The notes under the pieces are model-generated. The model saw only the letters and a program-made list of their open reading frames with translations. It did no database searches and was not told where the DNA came from. Shown piece after piece: positions 35,254 through 46,025 of a stretch of 64,000 nucleotides of DNA. Origin of the DNA: a virus (taxonomy: Duplodnaviria; Caudoviricetes); the IMG/VR virus record IMGVR_UViG_3300037484_000435, positions 416,001-480,000 of that record. One strand, 5' to 3'. A program made the translations under genes and the position numbers. The number at the start of each line of letters is the position of its first letter. Position 1 is the first letter of the stretch.

Positions 35254-35511
35254 CTATACCGAACTACTCTCACCTTTCTGAAAATGGTCCCGATAAGCCG
35301 GCACAAAGTCCCGCACGAAATCCAATCCAAGCCTACGGCAGATAGACTTCACAAATTTGCGAGACAGGGTGGGGTCGTTATTGTGAATACGTAACTTTGC
35401 CACTCTCGTCCCGATGCTTAGTTTCTCGTGCCCAGACTTGGATGGACCATTATTACAACCCAAACCTTTGAAAATACTAATCGCAAGATTAGTTGGGATC
35501 TCCTTAGGCAT
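35254..35511 (-). CDS. HicA-like mRNA interferase candidate
   Basis: FKGLG..SKSGHEKL..VAKLRIHNND.TL...VKSICRRLGL fits the HicA G(S)H..H..l...sI..aGl pattern; no HicB seen nearby. Confidence 0.5.
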   Translation of the reverse strand: MPKEIPTNLAISIFKGLGCNNGPSKSGHEKLSIGTRVAKLRIHNNDPTLSRKFVKSICRRLGLDFVRDFVPAYRDHFQKGESSSV

Positions 35512-35561
35512 AGGTTTAATGATAACCCTTTTGCAAACTCCACAAAGCGGAGTCGCAGGAC

Positions 35562-36203
35562 TTATTCGAAAGGGGAGTCCAGAGACTCACTAACCTCCTT
35601 CTCAGCCGACGGCTGCTCGTTGTGGGCTTCCTCCTCAGTGGAAGATTCACTGGGTTGAGGTAGTAGAATGTCGAGACCCTCCAAAGCCTTTCTTAGACTC
35701 TGGCGACCTTCACACAAGGAAAGCACTATTTCATCCATCTTGCCGAACTCCTCTTCTCGGCGCTCGTAGTGCTCCACCTTAGCGTTTAGTTTTTCAACTT
35801 GGACACTTCGGTCAGCCAGTAGGCTCTCCGCCTGCTCCATTCTGGTTTTGTAAAGGAGAGCTTCCGCTTGGAATCTATCCGCAGATTTCTCAAGCCGGGA
35901 AATGATTTGGATCACTTCTTGGGTGGCCCTCCCCGGGAACTCCTCAGGTTTTTCTTCTTGAACAGGAAGTCTCATTCCTTGCAAGATACTGTTCTGCTTT
36001 GCCGTGTAGAGACCCTTTTCAACACGCTGAATCAACCCAGCGTGGTACATTTTTGGGAGAAGGGTGGCCAACGATGTTAGCCCACCAAATCCTTCATCCT
36101 TCCCCAAAGCTAGCCACAAATCTGCTGTTCTGAATTGGGTTTCGGGGTGTTGATCAATAAATCGCTTGATCTTGGTTTTCTGATCAATAGAAACGTTTTC
36201 CAT
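35562..36203 (-). CDS. Winged-helix plus coiled-coil protein
   Basis: ATG 36203 with GGAGAAGAGG RBS; IKRFI..FRTADL..LPKMYHAGLIQRVEKGLY wHTH-like, then heptad repeats. Confidence 0.6.
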   Translation of the reverse strand: MENVSIDQKTKIKRFIDQHPETQFRTADLWLALGKDEGFGGLTSLATLLPKMYHAGLIQRVEKGLYTAKQNSILQGMRLPVQEEKPEEFPGRATQEVIQIISRLEKSADRFQAEALLYKTRMEQAESLLADRSVQVEKLNAKVEHYERREEEFGKMDEIVLSLCEGRQSLRKALEGLDILLPQPSESSTEEEAHNEQPSAEKEVSESLDSPFE

Positions 36204-36454
36204 AACCTCTTCTCCTTTCCTCATACGTGCGGGTTGATAAACAACCTTTCTTATCTTATATTTACCGCGGGTACACACGAAACTTTCTTTTGTATTCATA
36301 TTTTCTTTGTACCCGATTGTACTTCAATCGCCTAGATTCTATATTACCCTCTATTGAAGGGATAGAGGGATATATAACTAGGCTCCTTGCCGCATTGGCG
36401 CGGACGCCTACTCGACGCTGCCAGTGGTTACTCTTAACTGAAAATTTCAAATAA

Positions 36455-37050
36455 TACATCACCACCTTTGGAACACCAAAGGGGAAGTGTCCAGTTCAAG
36501 CATCGAGAGAAGCTGTAATCTTCTCAAAATACATATCGGGTGAACTAGAAAATACCCGTCCTGTTTCACAGGCTTAGAGCTTTTGTTATGGCCAAGCCCA
36601 AGACCTTTTTCGCTAACTGTAATAATTAAGCGATGGTTAAGGGTTTTCTCCAGTTGAATTCTTCCTGTCTTATGATCACTCAAAAACCAAGGTTTCCAAT
36701 TCAGGGCTACCCTAGGTAGAGTAGCCCCTCCCATAATCACGACATCTGCTCCTCTTGTCATTGAGTCTGTCTCCCTTTCAGAGTGTGACTCAACCTTCTT
36801 GGGGAGGGAGGGGTAGCAGATCGCTGTCACTGATTGAACCTGACTCGGTTTGCTCGGATTTCTCTCCGAACAATTTAACGTCTGACCGAACCCTTTTACT
36901 TCTACTGTCATGGCCCTTCCTTTTCTCTGATGCTTCGGGTAGGCACCAAAGCAATGTTGAGATGTTTTGTGATGAAACTTCAACCTAGGCAACAACGAGA
37001 CAACCATACTACAATTGTCAAGTCTTACCACCTCTTTAGCTCTAAACAAA
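36455..37050 (-). ncRNA. OLE-like large ornate RNA candidate (~600 nt)
   Basis: Many stems (36465-82, 36507-25, 36537-58, 36560-72, 36704-27, 36762-92); RNA-sense blocks AAGAGGUGGUAAGAC, UAGUAUGGUU, UAGGUUGAAGUU, CUCAACAUUGCU, CAGUGACAG, AAGGUUGAGUC and UUGGAAACCUU in an order resembling OLE RNA as I recall it. Confidence 0.6.
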
Positions 37051-37198
37051 TTAAACACGACAGTCAAACCAACCTCCTTCTTAGTCTACTCGAAGAAGCG
37101 ACCCAACGGGTCATTAAGAAAAAAGAAATATTAAACACCAATAACCTATATATACAACGGGACTCACACCCGTTTTGATTTGGTCTTATTAGAATATT

Positions 37199-37272
37199 AC
37201 CCGAATATTCTTATGAGACCTATAAACCTTAATATTTAATTAGGGTAAGTGGGACTTACAATTAAATAAAGG
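37199..37272. repeat. Dispersed hairpin element, copy 5
   Basis: ACCC..TATAAA-CCTT-aatATTTAATTagg-GTAAG-tggga-CTTAC-AATTAAATa-AAGG. Confidence 0.75.
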
Positions 37273-37340
37273 CTTATAGTTCTTTGAAAGCGTGAACACG
37301 TAACCCTCGCGTGTCAAAACATTAGTCTTTTTTTCTATAA

Positions 37341-37399
37341 ACCCAATTAGTCTTTAAATATATAAACCTAAAATGGGTAACGAGGGTTACCATTTAAGG
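37341..37399. repeat. Dispersed hairpin element, copy 6
   Basis: ACCC..TATAAA-CCT-AAAATGG-GTAAC-gagg-GTTAC-CATTT-AAGG. Confidence 0.75.
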
Positions 37400-39384
37400 A
37401 TTGATATACAAAGAGGGGAGCTGGAACGTAAGAAAGTGGGAAGCAAATGGAAAATTTACCTAAACAGACGGATTTTACACCGTCTGTAGGTAAATTTGTA
37501 GCTGGATTTACTTAGGAAGCAAATAAGGGTTGTGTTTGAAAGCCAACGATAGGATTCCCTTTACAACCATGCCTGTAATTTGCACTCCTGCTCCGCACAT
37601 CCTTGCTACTGACCTCTCATCTGCTCTAAAATAAGTTCTTTGGTAACTATTCTTGATTGATCCGTCTCTACGATAAGTCCTCCTTTGCGTGTTGTAGTAC
37701 TCTACCATTCTTGGTAAGTACCTCCTAGTATTTTTGCCAACAAACACAATTGAATCTTAGGATTAACCTAATCACATTTTGAACAATCATTGTTGGCTTC
37801 AACTATAAATCACAAACAATCTGCCAAAAGATTCCTTGTTGGTCAACAACCATTATCAATCAACTTTCATTACGAAAGAACGATGAGAGTTCCTATGAAC
37901 TGGACCGTTGTGTTTTGAGACGTCTATCCTCTTCCATCCGCCTACGTCTTTCTCTCTCAGCCTTCAGCTCCTGCCGTTTAGCATACTTCTTAACGGCCCG
38001 CTCCCTAGCTTTTCTCAACAACTCTGAACCAGCAACGTTCTTACCGTCTACGTAAGTGATACCTTCCGACAGTTTGTTGAGCGAGAAGATCAGCCCGTTA
38101 CGATGCTTTCGAGCATGCAGTTTCTTGGCATGTTCGGCCAACAATTTGGCATGCTCCGCGTTTTCACACTGAAACGTAGCGGTTGTCTTGTCTGCTGGGA
38201 GATCCAACGTGGTAGGAGTTCCACCTACCATCTTCCGAGCATTGAATTTACACTCCACTACATCGCCCCGCACAGTAGCCTCAATCACTTTCACCCCTTT
38301 ATAAGGGGCACTGAAGCGACCACTCTTACCTGAACCACCCTCAGAACTTTTCTTTCCCATTGTCAAACCTCCTTTTGGTTTACCTTTCGGATATGGGATT
38401 TGTAGCCCCAGAACGTAAGCCTATGGAACAAAATAACATTCGGGGCTATATTAAACGTTATTTTTGTGCGAAATCAAGCCATCTGAGCGAATTTCGCATT
38501 TGCGGCCCGCAAAGACCCCCATAAGCATATCAGGCAGTTACATATGGCATCCTTAGTGTTACCAAGGAGCCGAAAATAAACGCCTAACTAGAGAAATAGC
38601 AACCTACGAAACCATCGGTGGTTTCTGTGGCCTCCTCGGGTTCGTGGCCCAGATGGTCACACAATAGAGCACCACAGTCACTATGTAGCCCGTGAAAGTA
38701 AACGTCTACGTCTTCATTGTAGGGCAGACAGACATCAATGAACTGCATCTCTATTATATTGGACCAATACACCTCTTGGTCAGGGTGCCCCAAAGGCTCA
38801 AATAAAGACCTTTGTAGGTCTTGTAATTCCAGTAACTCCGTATCTGTCATTCTTTAACCTCTATGGTATCGCACCTTTCGGGGATTACAAATGCCACAAA
38901 TTCACTCCCCGCACCGTCTTTTGGTCGCGCTCTCAACGCATTTATGAGGGAAGAATTCGTAAATCCCAAAGGGATAGCACTGCTACTTATTTGGGCGTTA
39001 AGACCATCTTCCAAATAACGGCCCCAGCACTTACCACAACCACAATAACGGATGTGATAGGTAAGTTTGATTACGTCTTGGCATTCTTGGCAGAAAATGA
39101 GCTTCATATTCTTCCACTCCTAAAACGTAAAACCCCTAGATTTATCTAGGGGCTTCACGGCCTTGTGGGTTATCAACAAGCCAGAGACCTCAAAACCCGG
39201 TTGAGCGTCTCAGGATCGAGAATCTTGTAAGGTTCTCTCTCGTTCTTGTTGGGCTCGATGACACACCGCCCCTCAACGATGAGGGACACCCTTGGGGGAC
39301 GACCCGTAATTGTATCAACGCGGTCGACGATCGGATTGAGCCTCTGGTCCTGTTCCATTTAATGCTTCCTTTCTGTCTGGATAT

Positions 39385-40197
39385 TCACACACTGGTTATA
39401 CAGTTTGCTCTGAATCTACATTTTTTGTTATTGATAGCTTTTTTACTTCGTCGGGGTAAAAGTCGCTGAAGATCCTCAGAAGATAGATTAAAGTTTGTTA
39501 GAAGAATAAATTCCTCTGATATGCCCCAATGGGTTTCGTGTTTGACTTGGTCTGGGTTTAATAAAAACTTTTCAACAAGATCATATTTACGTTTCATGAA
39601 GAGTTCAGCATCTGTGTAAATCCACCTACAAAAGTCAATTGCCACAGAACCTCCATAATGCAGACGATAACAATTGTAACCTTTGTCTTTAAAGACACTC
39701 ACCTCGTTGTTATTTATTTCTCGGAAATGAGCTGCGACCCACTCCAACACCCATCTCGTGCTGGTAATACAAAGATGAAGGTCTCTTTGTCGGCAGGAAT
39801 CATCCACATTGCTTAATCCCCCATCACCATCAAAATAACCACGAATAAAATGTTTTATCATATCTGGTGGTAAATTTTTTGGTGGCTTAAGAGAAAGACT
39901 TTTGTTATTGTGTATACCAAAAGCGTTCAGTTGCTCGCACAGCTTCCTACTGTTAAAGGATACATGAGCAAAATCAAACGATTTTATCCCCGCATTGCCC
40001 CAAGTTTTGCGTTGTGTGTATTTAGTAATAGGTCGAGATGGTTGAATCTGATCCCTAATTACCCTAACTGTGTTTCTGTCCTTCGCTGATAGGTAAACTG
40101 AAACAGAACGATTATACTTATCTATAGACCCATCCGCGGCCAAAAAACCAAGTAGGTAGGCTTTATTTTGATGATCAATCTTACTGAAATCTAACAT
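39385..40197 (-). CDS. Free-standing LAGLIDADG homing endonuclease
   Basis: Two motifs, YLLGFLAADGSI and FIRGYFDGDGG. Confidence 0.9.
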   Translation of the reverse strand: MLDFSKIDHQNKAYLLGFLAADGSIDKYNRSVSVYLSAKDRNTVRVIRDQIQPSRPITKYTQRKTWGNAGIKSFDFAHVSFNSRKLCEQLNAFGIHNNKSLSLKPPKNLPPDMIKHFIRGYFDGDGGLSNVDDSCRQRDLHLCITSTRWVLEWVAAHFREINNNEVSVFKDKGYNCYRLHYGGSVAIDFCRWIYTDAELFMKRKYDLVEKFLLNPDQVKHETHWGISEEFILLTNFNLSSEDLQRLLPRRSKKAINNKKCRFRANCITSV

Positions 40198-40306
40198 TTT
40201 CTAGTCCCCTCCTTTTATAACAGGCAGGAGACTAGTTAAATTGTAGTTGTATGGGTACCCCAGTTTTTCGAAAGCCTACTAGTATACGTTCCGAGCAGTT
40301 TTTCAC

Positions 40307-40906
40307 CTATGTACACGCAAATACATGCTCTCTGGGAGGCCACAAACAAGAGCGTAGATACTCTGACGCACTCATATGTTCGTGTTTAGGTGCCACCTTA
40401 AGGTTCTCTTCGGCTTCTCTGGCTTTCTCTCTTATCCTATGTCCATTTTCTTGGCAGAATTCTTGTTCAGATAAACGCAGGGAATACACACGGAGAGATT
40501 CGTCATTACCGAGACTCATCAAGTAATGCAGATCATCGCGCCGAGATAATTGGTCTGCTACCCGATTACGGCGTCTTTTCACCCATTCCAGTTTCCATTG
40601 TCCATTCTTTGGAAATGATTTTCTTAGGGTTGTCAGCATCTGGTAACGATAAGAACCAGCAGAAGCCTTTAAACTCGCGCCTTGCTTAACCCCCGCCAAA
40701 ATACTTTTGCAGTCAGTATAAAAGGTAGTAGGCAAGTCCTGTTCTGAGTTCAACAGGCTGGTCGCTAATACCAAAACCTGTAGCTCCCTGTCAATAGAGT
40801 CATCACTAATATCCTTTCGATGACTAAATGCCAGACAATCCGGCCTCATTACTATGCCCAGACCCTTCCCAGAGGCATCCACCCACACTTTCCTTTGAAC
40901 CAACAT
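40307..40906 (-). CDS. RNase HI-like protein
   Basis: WVDASG, ELQVL, FYTDCK, LEWVKR..NRVADQLSR carry the D-E-D-D pattern. Confidence 0.7.
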   Translation of the reverse strand: MLVQRKVWVDASGKGLGIVMRPDCLAFSHRKDISDDSIDRELQVLVLATSLLNSEQDLPTTFYTDCKSILAGVKQGASLKASAGSYRYQMLTTLRKSFPKNGQWKLEWVKRRRNRVADQLSRRDDLHYLMSLGNDESLRVYSLRLSEQEFCQENGHRIREKAREAEENLKVAPKHEHMSASEYLRSCLWPPREHVFACT

Positions 40907-43619
40907 TGTTCTACTTCTTTCTTAGGAGGAGCCCCCACCATCGGATGAGGGCTCCCGCGGGCGGATTAGTTATGGAAAAAGGGACATGAGTTCTTTCTCT
41001 GAACGAACTGTCCCTCGAATGGGCTGTTCTTCTCGTTACACTTCAACCCATGACGAATCGGGCTCGGAGCCCCCTTGCAATTCTGGCAAAAGCCGTATTC
41101 GGTTTCAGGATGCTTATCAGTGTATTTGCGGGCCTTCGCGTTGTCCTGACGAGTTTCTTTGGACCTCTTGAAATTTGCTCTTTTCATTGTAAATTCCTCC
41201 GCTTTCTTTTTATAGGAAGTTTCTTAGGAAAGGACAAAGAGGGAAACCTTCTTCCCGCTAATTATTTTTAGAGTTCTCTAGGGAGCACCCTCTCTGTCTT
41301 AATTATCAGTCTGCACCAACTCGCTCATTCTCGTTGGCCATCTGGAATTGTTGAACAGCCCGCCACGCGTAACCTTTATCATCTACGGCGGATAACTTAA
41401 CTTCGGGATGCTGGGGATGCGAAACAGTACCTGCACTACTGTAGCCACCACTCCAAACATGGCGACTACCCCGCAGGGCGTTCATGTTATGGTTCCACAA
41501 CCTTTGCTGGATGAAATACATATCACCCTGTCGATGTACCGTCTTCCCCGCTCGCTGTGCTTTCTTTACCACAGCAGGCACCAACCAGTCCAGAGCTTTT
41601 GCCACGGTCTGGATAGTTCCGGGTATGCGAACCGCCCAGTCTTGTCCATCGGACCTACCACACAGAAATGAGGCGTAGGTTCTTCGTGTGCGTGATCGTG
41701 CGGACCAAAAGTCCTGATATGGCCCAGTTTTCCACTTGTAGTTTACTACCCACATGTGTGGATTTACAGCACGATCCACAAGCATCTTCACCATTTCGGT
41801 GTGTCCCTCAAAAAAGTCGCGAGGAACTTGGATACGTCTTGCTTGGATCTGTGCTTCAGCACGCTTGAAGAGGATTTCTTTCACATGGTCATTCAAATCC
41901 TGTTCTTCGCACTCCAAGTTTTCAATGTCCTGTTGCAGAACCACTGAATCCTCTTTCATAGCGTTTAAGGCACTTTGCAGATTGGTGAAGCCACGAGTGT
42001 CAAAGCCAAATTGGGACTTCCATTCTTTTTCGATGCTCTCCAAAACCCGTTGTGTGGCATCCACAAATGATTTCTGTGCCATCAGGGTAACTTGCTCCGC
42101 GTTCATCTTTCTTTCCTCCGCTTTTGAAAAGTTTCTTTGGAATGCCTATTCAACAGTCCAAGTTGCCTTTGCTCGGCCAATAGGTTCAATATCCGTTATC
42201 ATGGCCGTGAAACAACCACTTTGATAAAAGTTCACTCTTGTGTGGTCATGCCCCACTTTGTGGCAAAAGACATGATGACCACTGGGATAGACGTCATGAG
42301 GACCATGACCTGTTCCCCCGCCATCAGTGGTAGTTTTGTCTACGATGTATTTTCCAGTCAGGAAAAGAGTTGAAAGACCACCACATACATCTCCAATGGT
42401 AATATCTGTCTCATCAGATTCTTTGAAGTTTCCCTCATTGTTCTCATAGATGCAATGATGGGGCAACGTTGTGTAGACTCGGTGCCCCTTAACCAACTCA
42501 ATCACATCACCTTCTTTTAGCATTTTACTCTCCTAACTGCTGATGAAAACAGAATCCTCACGACCACGTATTTTCAACCGCAGACCTACTGACCTAATAG
42601 TTGCTGGCAAACCAACGACTTCTATCTCTTCGAGGTCACCACAATTTAGGTCACCAAGACGGAAGTCTTCGTGCTCTGAAGACAAGTTAAAATCTACAAG
42701 TTCTTGCGCTTGGCGACTAATCTGTCCCTCAGGAACAAGCGGGCACCACACTTTGTGAAATACCCGCAAACTCTGTTTAGGGTCTGTGATTTCCTCAAAG
42801 AAGTCCAAGGAATTGAGTGCCCCCGCACCGTATCCAAGATGTGTAAAGGCATCTTCGGGACTGGTCCCCTCACCTTCACAAGTTTCCCCTGTAAGCCAGT
42901 GAAACCTAAAGCGTTTCATGCTTTTCCTCCCTCAACACCCTTGTGGTGTAATCGTAGAACGGGCGTCCCCGATCATCCACTCGGTGGCACTCCGGAAGAG
43001 CAGGTCTCTTACCATCTGGTGTTTTGACCCAAATGTCCGCCCTGTGGGCCCTCTCATCGGCGGGGGGAATCTCCTCAAACGCGTCCAGAATGAGATCCGC
43101 GAGTGAAACTGTCGGATCTTTCTCCTTTTTCCATGCACGGATCCTATCCTGGATGCCAGGATCCGCATCACCAATTATCCTTGCGGGAGGCAAGTCTTTT
43201 GGCATTTGCTTCTTCTCCTTTTGTTTTGTTAGGTCAGTTCAACTGGTTTACCACAACCGTAGCAATATGTGGCAACCCACTCTAATCCTGGTCCATCCCA
43301 ACCCAACACTGGTCGGGCTGAAGTGTGTTCGAGTTTGGTTTTTGCATAACGGGAGATGTGACCACATCCGCCCTTCTCCTTGTCACAGTGAAAGAAATGG
43401 TCGCCTTTTGCCTTCATATCCACAGGCCCAGCTAACAGAGACATTACTTATCCTCTCTTTCTTCACAAAGAATCTTTCGGAGTTCTTCAGTAAACTTACG
43501 ATCGGCTGTGGGAAGATACGCACCACGGAATATCCGATCAATCTCTTTGGCCCGTTCAATTTCCTCAGGTGTTGGAGGTTTTTCGTAGAATTTTCCATTC
43601 AACAGAAAAGTTGGTGGCA

Positions 43620-44129
43620 TTAACTTTCTCCCTTGATTGCCGATATACTTTTGCCTTCTACTGCGTTGGCCACAACAATCTCGTCCCAACCCTCTGAGAA
43701 CATTGGTTCCTCGTCGTTCAAGAACATGCGGGCCACTACTTCAGGAGGAACACTTGCGTCTCTTTTCGCGTTGCGTTCCAATAGAGTCTGCAGACCCTCA
43801 ACACAGTAAATGCAAACCACTGTATAGCCAAAGGCCTTCGCAATGTTGATGATGGGACCTCGCACTACTCGATTGGGCAATGTCGCTTCAAAGACGAAGT
43901 CTGTACCTTTCTGCAAACGAATAGCGAATTGTTTCCAAGCCCAAGACCAAGCCAACCCTATACGTTCCGCGTAGGTTTCTCCAGATCCCCCAGCCCACCA
44001 ACGGTCTCCGAGTTTTAAACTACCATAGAGGTCAGGGGAAACGACAGGAAGTTCTGGGAAATGTTTTTCTCGATGACTCGTCTTACCACTGGCTGGCGGG
44101 CCAACCATCACATAAAGTGTTGGCATCAA
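43620..44129 (-). CDS. P-loop kinase (AAA_33 / polynucleotide kinase-like)
   Basis: LYVMVGPPASGKT Walker A, FVFEATL, LLERNAKR lid. Confidence 0.8.
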   Translation of the reverse strand: MMPTLYVMVGPPASGKTSHREKHFPELPVVSPDLYGSLKLGDRWWAGGSGETYAERIGLAWSWAWKQFAIRLQKGTDFVFEATLPNRVVRGPIINIAKAFGYTVVCIYCVEGLQTLLERNAKRDASVPPEVVARMFLNDEEPMFSEGWDEIVVANAVEGKSISAIKGES

Positions 44130-45461
44130 GCACCTCCTGCCCCTTCAAAGTATTTCTCCGGATGAGCACAGATATCATCCACCAGATTATGACGCCTGTC
44201 TGCCTCGATAAAGGCTTCCCATTCACGGGTTTCTACGAGGAAAGTCCTCAGAATGGTCCACAACTCTCTGGACTCCTTTGTTGCTGGGACTCTCTCTCGG
44301 ATTACGAGTTGGGCAATGAACCCGTCGCGAGTTTCTGGCAGATACTTGAATTTTATATTACCTATTTGAGCAACATAAATGTTCTCGTCCTTTACCCACT
44401 TCCCCACAGTGATTCCCTTGATCATTTCAATCGCCCACTGTTCCATGGTCATTCCTTTCCGAGTGGATCCGTCCATTCAGGCTGTTTTCGTATTTCCAAA
44501 ACTTGGTCAAATGTTAGATTTGCCATGTCCCAACCCTTTTCTGCACAGTAGTTCTTAGAGAACTCTCCACGCATTTCAAGGACCTTCCTTGTGTCTTCGT
44601 CGATGGAATTGTTCACATCAACCAAAACGTTGTCACCCATTTTGAGATGCCACATATTGTCTTCCTTCCCGCCGTTTTACCTACGTTAACCCTTCACACA
44701 AAGAAATGAACTACCCACCCGATGCAAAGAAGTAGAATTAGGATGAGGAATTGGAAAAGCATCCTAGTCAAGGCGATCTTATAAGTGTCGTCACTAACAG
44801 CGTTGTCTATGTCTTCGTTTCGTACACGGTGTGTTAGTAGTGACGCTATTACCGAAATGCCTATAGCTACGGGGATAGATATCACAGGGAGTCCAAAGGT
44901 TGTAACTATAAACCAAGCCCAGAGAAGTGAGAATATAATTCCCTCAGCCACCAGATTTATAATCATGATTGCCGTTAACAAGAGAGCCATTTACGTTTTT
45001 CCTTTCTTTGTCATTACTGCTAACTCGACCGATTTTCTCCTTAAAACGTTTGTCCTACTGCCACGACAAACCAAATGGACACAGTAGGACAAACTCGGGG
45101 CAACTGACTAGTCAGCCGCCATTACGAATTCCAAAGGACCCTCGTCCTCGGCAGGGGCCACATAGCCAGGAAGGAACTTGTCCAACCCATCGTGACCCGC
45201 CTTGATTGCGGCCCGCACACCACGAATGAATCCGCGATGGGTGAGCTTCCCACCCGACAACGCGATTATCACTCGCTCGATCTGGGCGGGGTCAGTCAAG
45301 GTTGTGCCCTTACCGTCCTTGGCCTTCTTGCCCTTCATCCACTCCAGATTGGGTGTGATTGCCGACTCGGTCCTGTTCCACACCCCGCCTTTTACGGAGC
45401 ACTGCCTTACCTTACCATCGTTGCGTTTCATAGTTTCCTCCACGCTTTTTGGTTGTGACCA

Positions 45462-46025
45462 TTAAATGGTCTGAATCCACCTTCCGAACGCCTCTCCGAG
45501 CATCTGAGTAAACTCAGACTTTGAGATGTCCAACGGAACGAAATCATTGTTGTGGTCATAAATGCAGATGGTATCGAAACCCTGCACTGTAGAGATTCTC
45601 TGTTCCAGAGCCCCGAAGACCAAACGATCTACGAACTTCTGGATGCTTCGTTTCGTTGCCCGTTGCTCGAAATCATCATAGAGTTCGTCCATCTGGTCAA
45701 CAACTTCCTCTGACACTTCAGCACGGAAGGTGTTCCACAAGGCCTCAAAGTCAATCCTCACATCTTCCGCTGGAAGCGGGAACCTTTCAGGGTCTGCTTG
45801 ATGAAGTGCCCGAAGGACTATTTCCTCATTGGATGTTGAGTCATCGAGAGTTTCCGCAACTTCCTCTATGGCATCTTTGGCCTCTTTAAGACCAATATTG
45901 CCCCTCATGCGAATCTTCTTTATCAGTTGGATTTTTCCGTCTTCTCCAGAACGGTCCTGCCATCTTATAGGCATTTTATCCTCCACTTTTTGTAAGTTTC
46001 TTTGGAAATAAGGATGGGGCGACAT
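45462..46025 (-). CDS. Protein containing a ribosomal L7/L12 C-terminal-like domain
   Basis: KIQLIKKIRMRGNIGLKEAKDAIEE matches the L7/L12 KI.VIK.VR..TGLGLKEAK..VE motif. Confidence 0.65.
   Translation of the reverse strand: MSPHPYFQRNLQKVEDKMPIRWQDRSGEDGKIQLIKKIRMRGNIGLKEAKDAIEEVAETLDDSTSNEEIVLRALHQADPERFPLPAEDVRIDFEALWNTFRAEVSEEVVDQMDELYDDFEQRATKRSIQKFVDRLVFGALEQRISTVQGFDTICIYDHNNDFVPLDISKSEFTQMLGEAFGRWIQTI

Noticed and set aside
39385-40300. Intron housing the LAGLIDADG gene (same question for the 59142-59894 endonuclease before rtcB)
   Set aside because: Both have their own RBS and intact flanking genes, with no intron core motifs; they appear free-standing.
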